Source: Azospirillum sp. CAG:239 (GTDB taxonomy: Bacteria > Bacteroidota > Bacteroidia > Bacteroidales > Paludibacteraceae). From it: a DNA stretch of 23,620 bases. The position numbers and the translations under genes are program-made. The DNA is taken from assembly GCA_963619585.1 (NCBI GenBank), contig CAVEXR010000032.1, positions 1 through 23,620 of the forward strand. The letters are read 5' to 3'. The notes beneath the pieces were generated by a model. The model was not told where the DNA came from. It ran no database searches and saw nothing but the letters and a program-made list of their open reading frames with translations. Within the stretch, counting starts at the first letter, position 1. Each line of letters opens with the position of its first letter. This document shows positions 23,148 through 23,620 of the stretch, piece by piece.

Positions 23148-23620
23148 TTAAAACGGTAATTTATCTTCGTTCGGTTGTTCTTGCGGCACTGCGGGCATAG
23201 GCTGCATTTGCGCGACTGCTTGCAGCGGCTCTGGCTCGTTGAGGTCGTCAAACATAGAACTGCTTGCCTCTTCTATGATACATACGCCATTCGCCCAATA
23301 GCCACTTGCCTCTTTGAGCGAGGCATCTCCATGCAGGGTGTTGTAGTTGATAGCCACTTTGAACCGCTTGCCGTCGAGTTCCTCGTTGGCGGGTTTGGGT
23401 TGCTCTACGAACTTGCCCTCCTCATTCTTGCCGAACCACTTGCAGCGTGAACCGATTTTGAAACGAACTGCGCAAGCCTTTGTGCCGTCTTTCTTTTCAA
23501 AGACTTTGGCGAACTCCGAAAAGTCAGCGGGTAGGTCTTCGGTTGTGAATACTTGTTGGAATTCAATCGTAGCGCCTTCGGCTTTGATATTCCAATCCTT
23601 CCGTTCTTTTTTTGCGTTGT
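23148..23620 (-). CDS. ssDNA-binding-like protein (5' end outside the window)
   Basis: The reverse-strand frame is open from the right edge to TAA at 23150..23148; the track shows only the part from an internal GTG. A Pro/Gln-rich linker is followed by the acidic tip NEDKLPF, resembling the bacterial SSB tip DDDIPF and the acidic Phe-ending tail of T7 gp2.5. Confidence 0.5.
   Translation of the reverse strand, partial: NAKKERKDWNIKAEGATIEFQQVFTTEDLPADFSEFAKVFEKKDGTKACAVRFKIGSRCKWFGKNEEGKFVEQPKPANEELDGKRFKVAINYNTLHGDASLKEASGYWANGVCIIEEASSSMFDDLNEPEPLQAVAQMQPMPAVPQEQPNEDKLPF

Noticed and set aside
401-23450. All plus-strand ORFs in the track (for example 401..649, 2650..3102, 4310..4933, 5143..5688, 7987..8565, 9976..10320, 13131..13475, 19976..20329, 22857..23147).
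   Set aside because: Each lies antisense to a longer minus-strand gene with recognisable motifs. Their products are low-complexity or Ser/Arg/Cys-rich, many start at GTG or TTG, and none has its own upstream gap. They are shadow ORFs.

Overview
This window is a contiguous stretch of a tailed dsDNA phage or prophage genome. Every credible gene lies on the minus strand, packed tightly, and many junctions are ATGA or TAATG stop/start overlaps. In the direction of transcription (right to left) there are three blocks. (1) A replication and DNA-metabolism module: a partial SSB-like protein, a small ORF, a Zn-finger/Toprim primase, an SF3 D5/P4-like helicase, an SNF2 helicase, a Dam-family N6-adenine methyltransferase, a PLD/HKD-like protein and a VRR-NUC nuclease. 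(2) A roughly 390-nt AT-rich intergenic hub with iterated motifs. (3) A late module: two small ORFs resembling sigma region 2 and region 4, a small membrane protein, TerS, TerL, a gp10-like protein, a chaperone-like ORF with a -1 frame extension, two large tail proteins, a tape-measure-like protein, an XkdF-like protease, scaffold, major capsid, tail tube, portal, a connector-like protein, and a protein ending in DUF285/BspA-type leucine-rich repeats that runs off the left edge. Genes lack Shine-Dalgarno sequences and there is a TAnnTTTG / TTTG promoter-like pair, so a Bacteroidota host is likely; this is inference. Points worth a second look: I found no GATC anywhere in the 23.6 kb although the phage encodes a Dam-family methyltransferase; that methyltransferase carries 14 in-frame 9-bp repeats; there is a T9-C-A5 slippery run with a 96-codon open -1 frame; the helicase and the SSB-like protein share a D(K/N)LPF C-terminal tip; a 67-nt quasi-palindromic intergenic element occurs twice with its loop flipped; the sigma-like genes may form a bipartite sigma. 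All functional calls come from motif recognition by eye, with no database searches.
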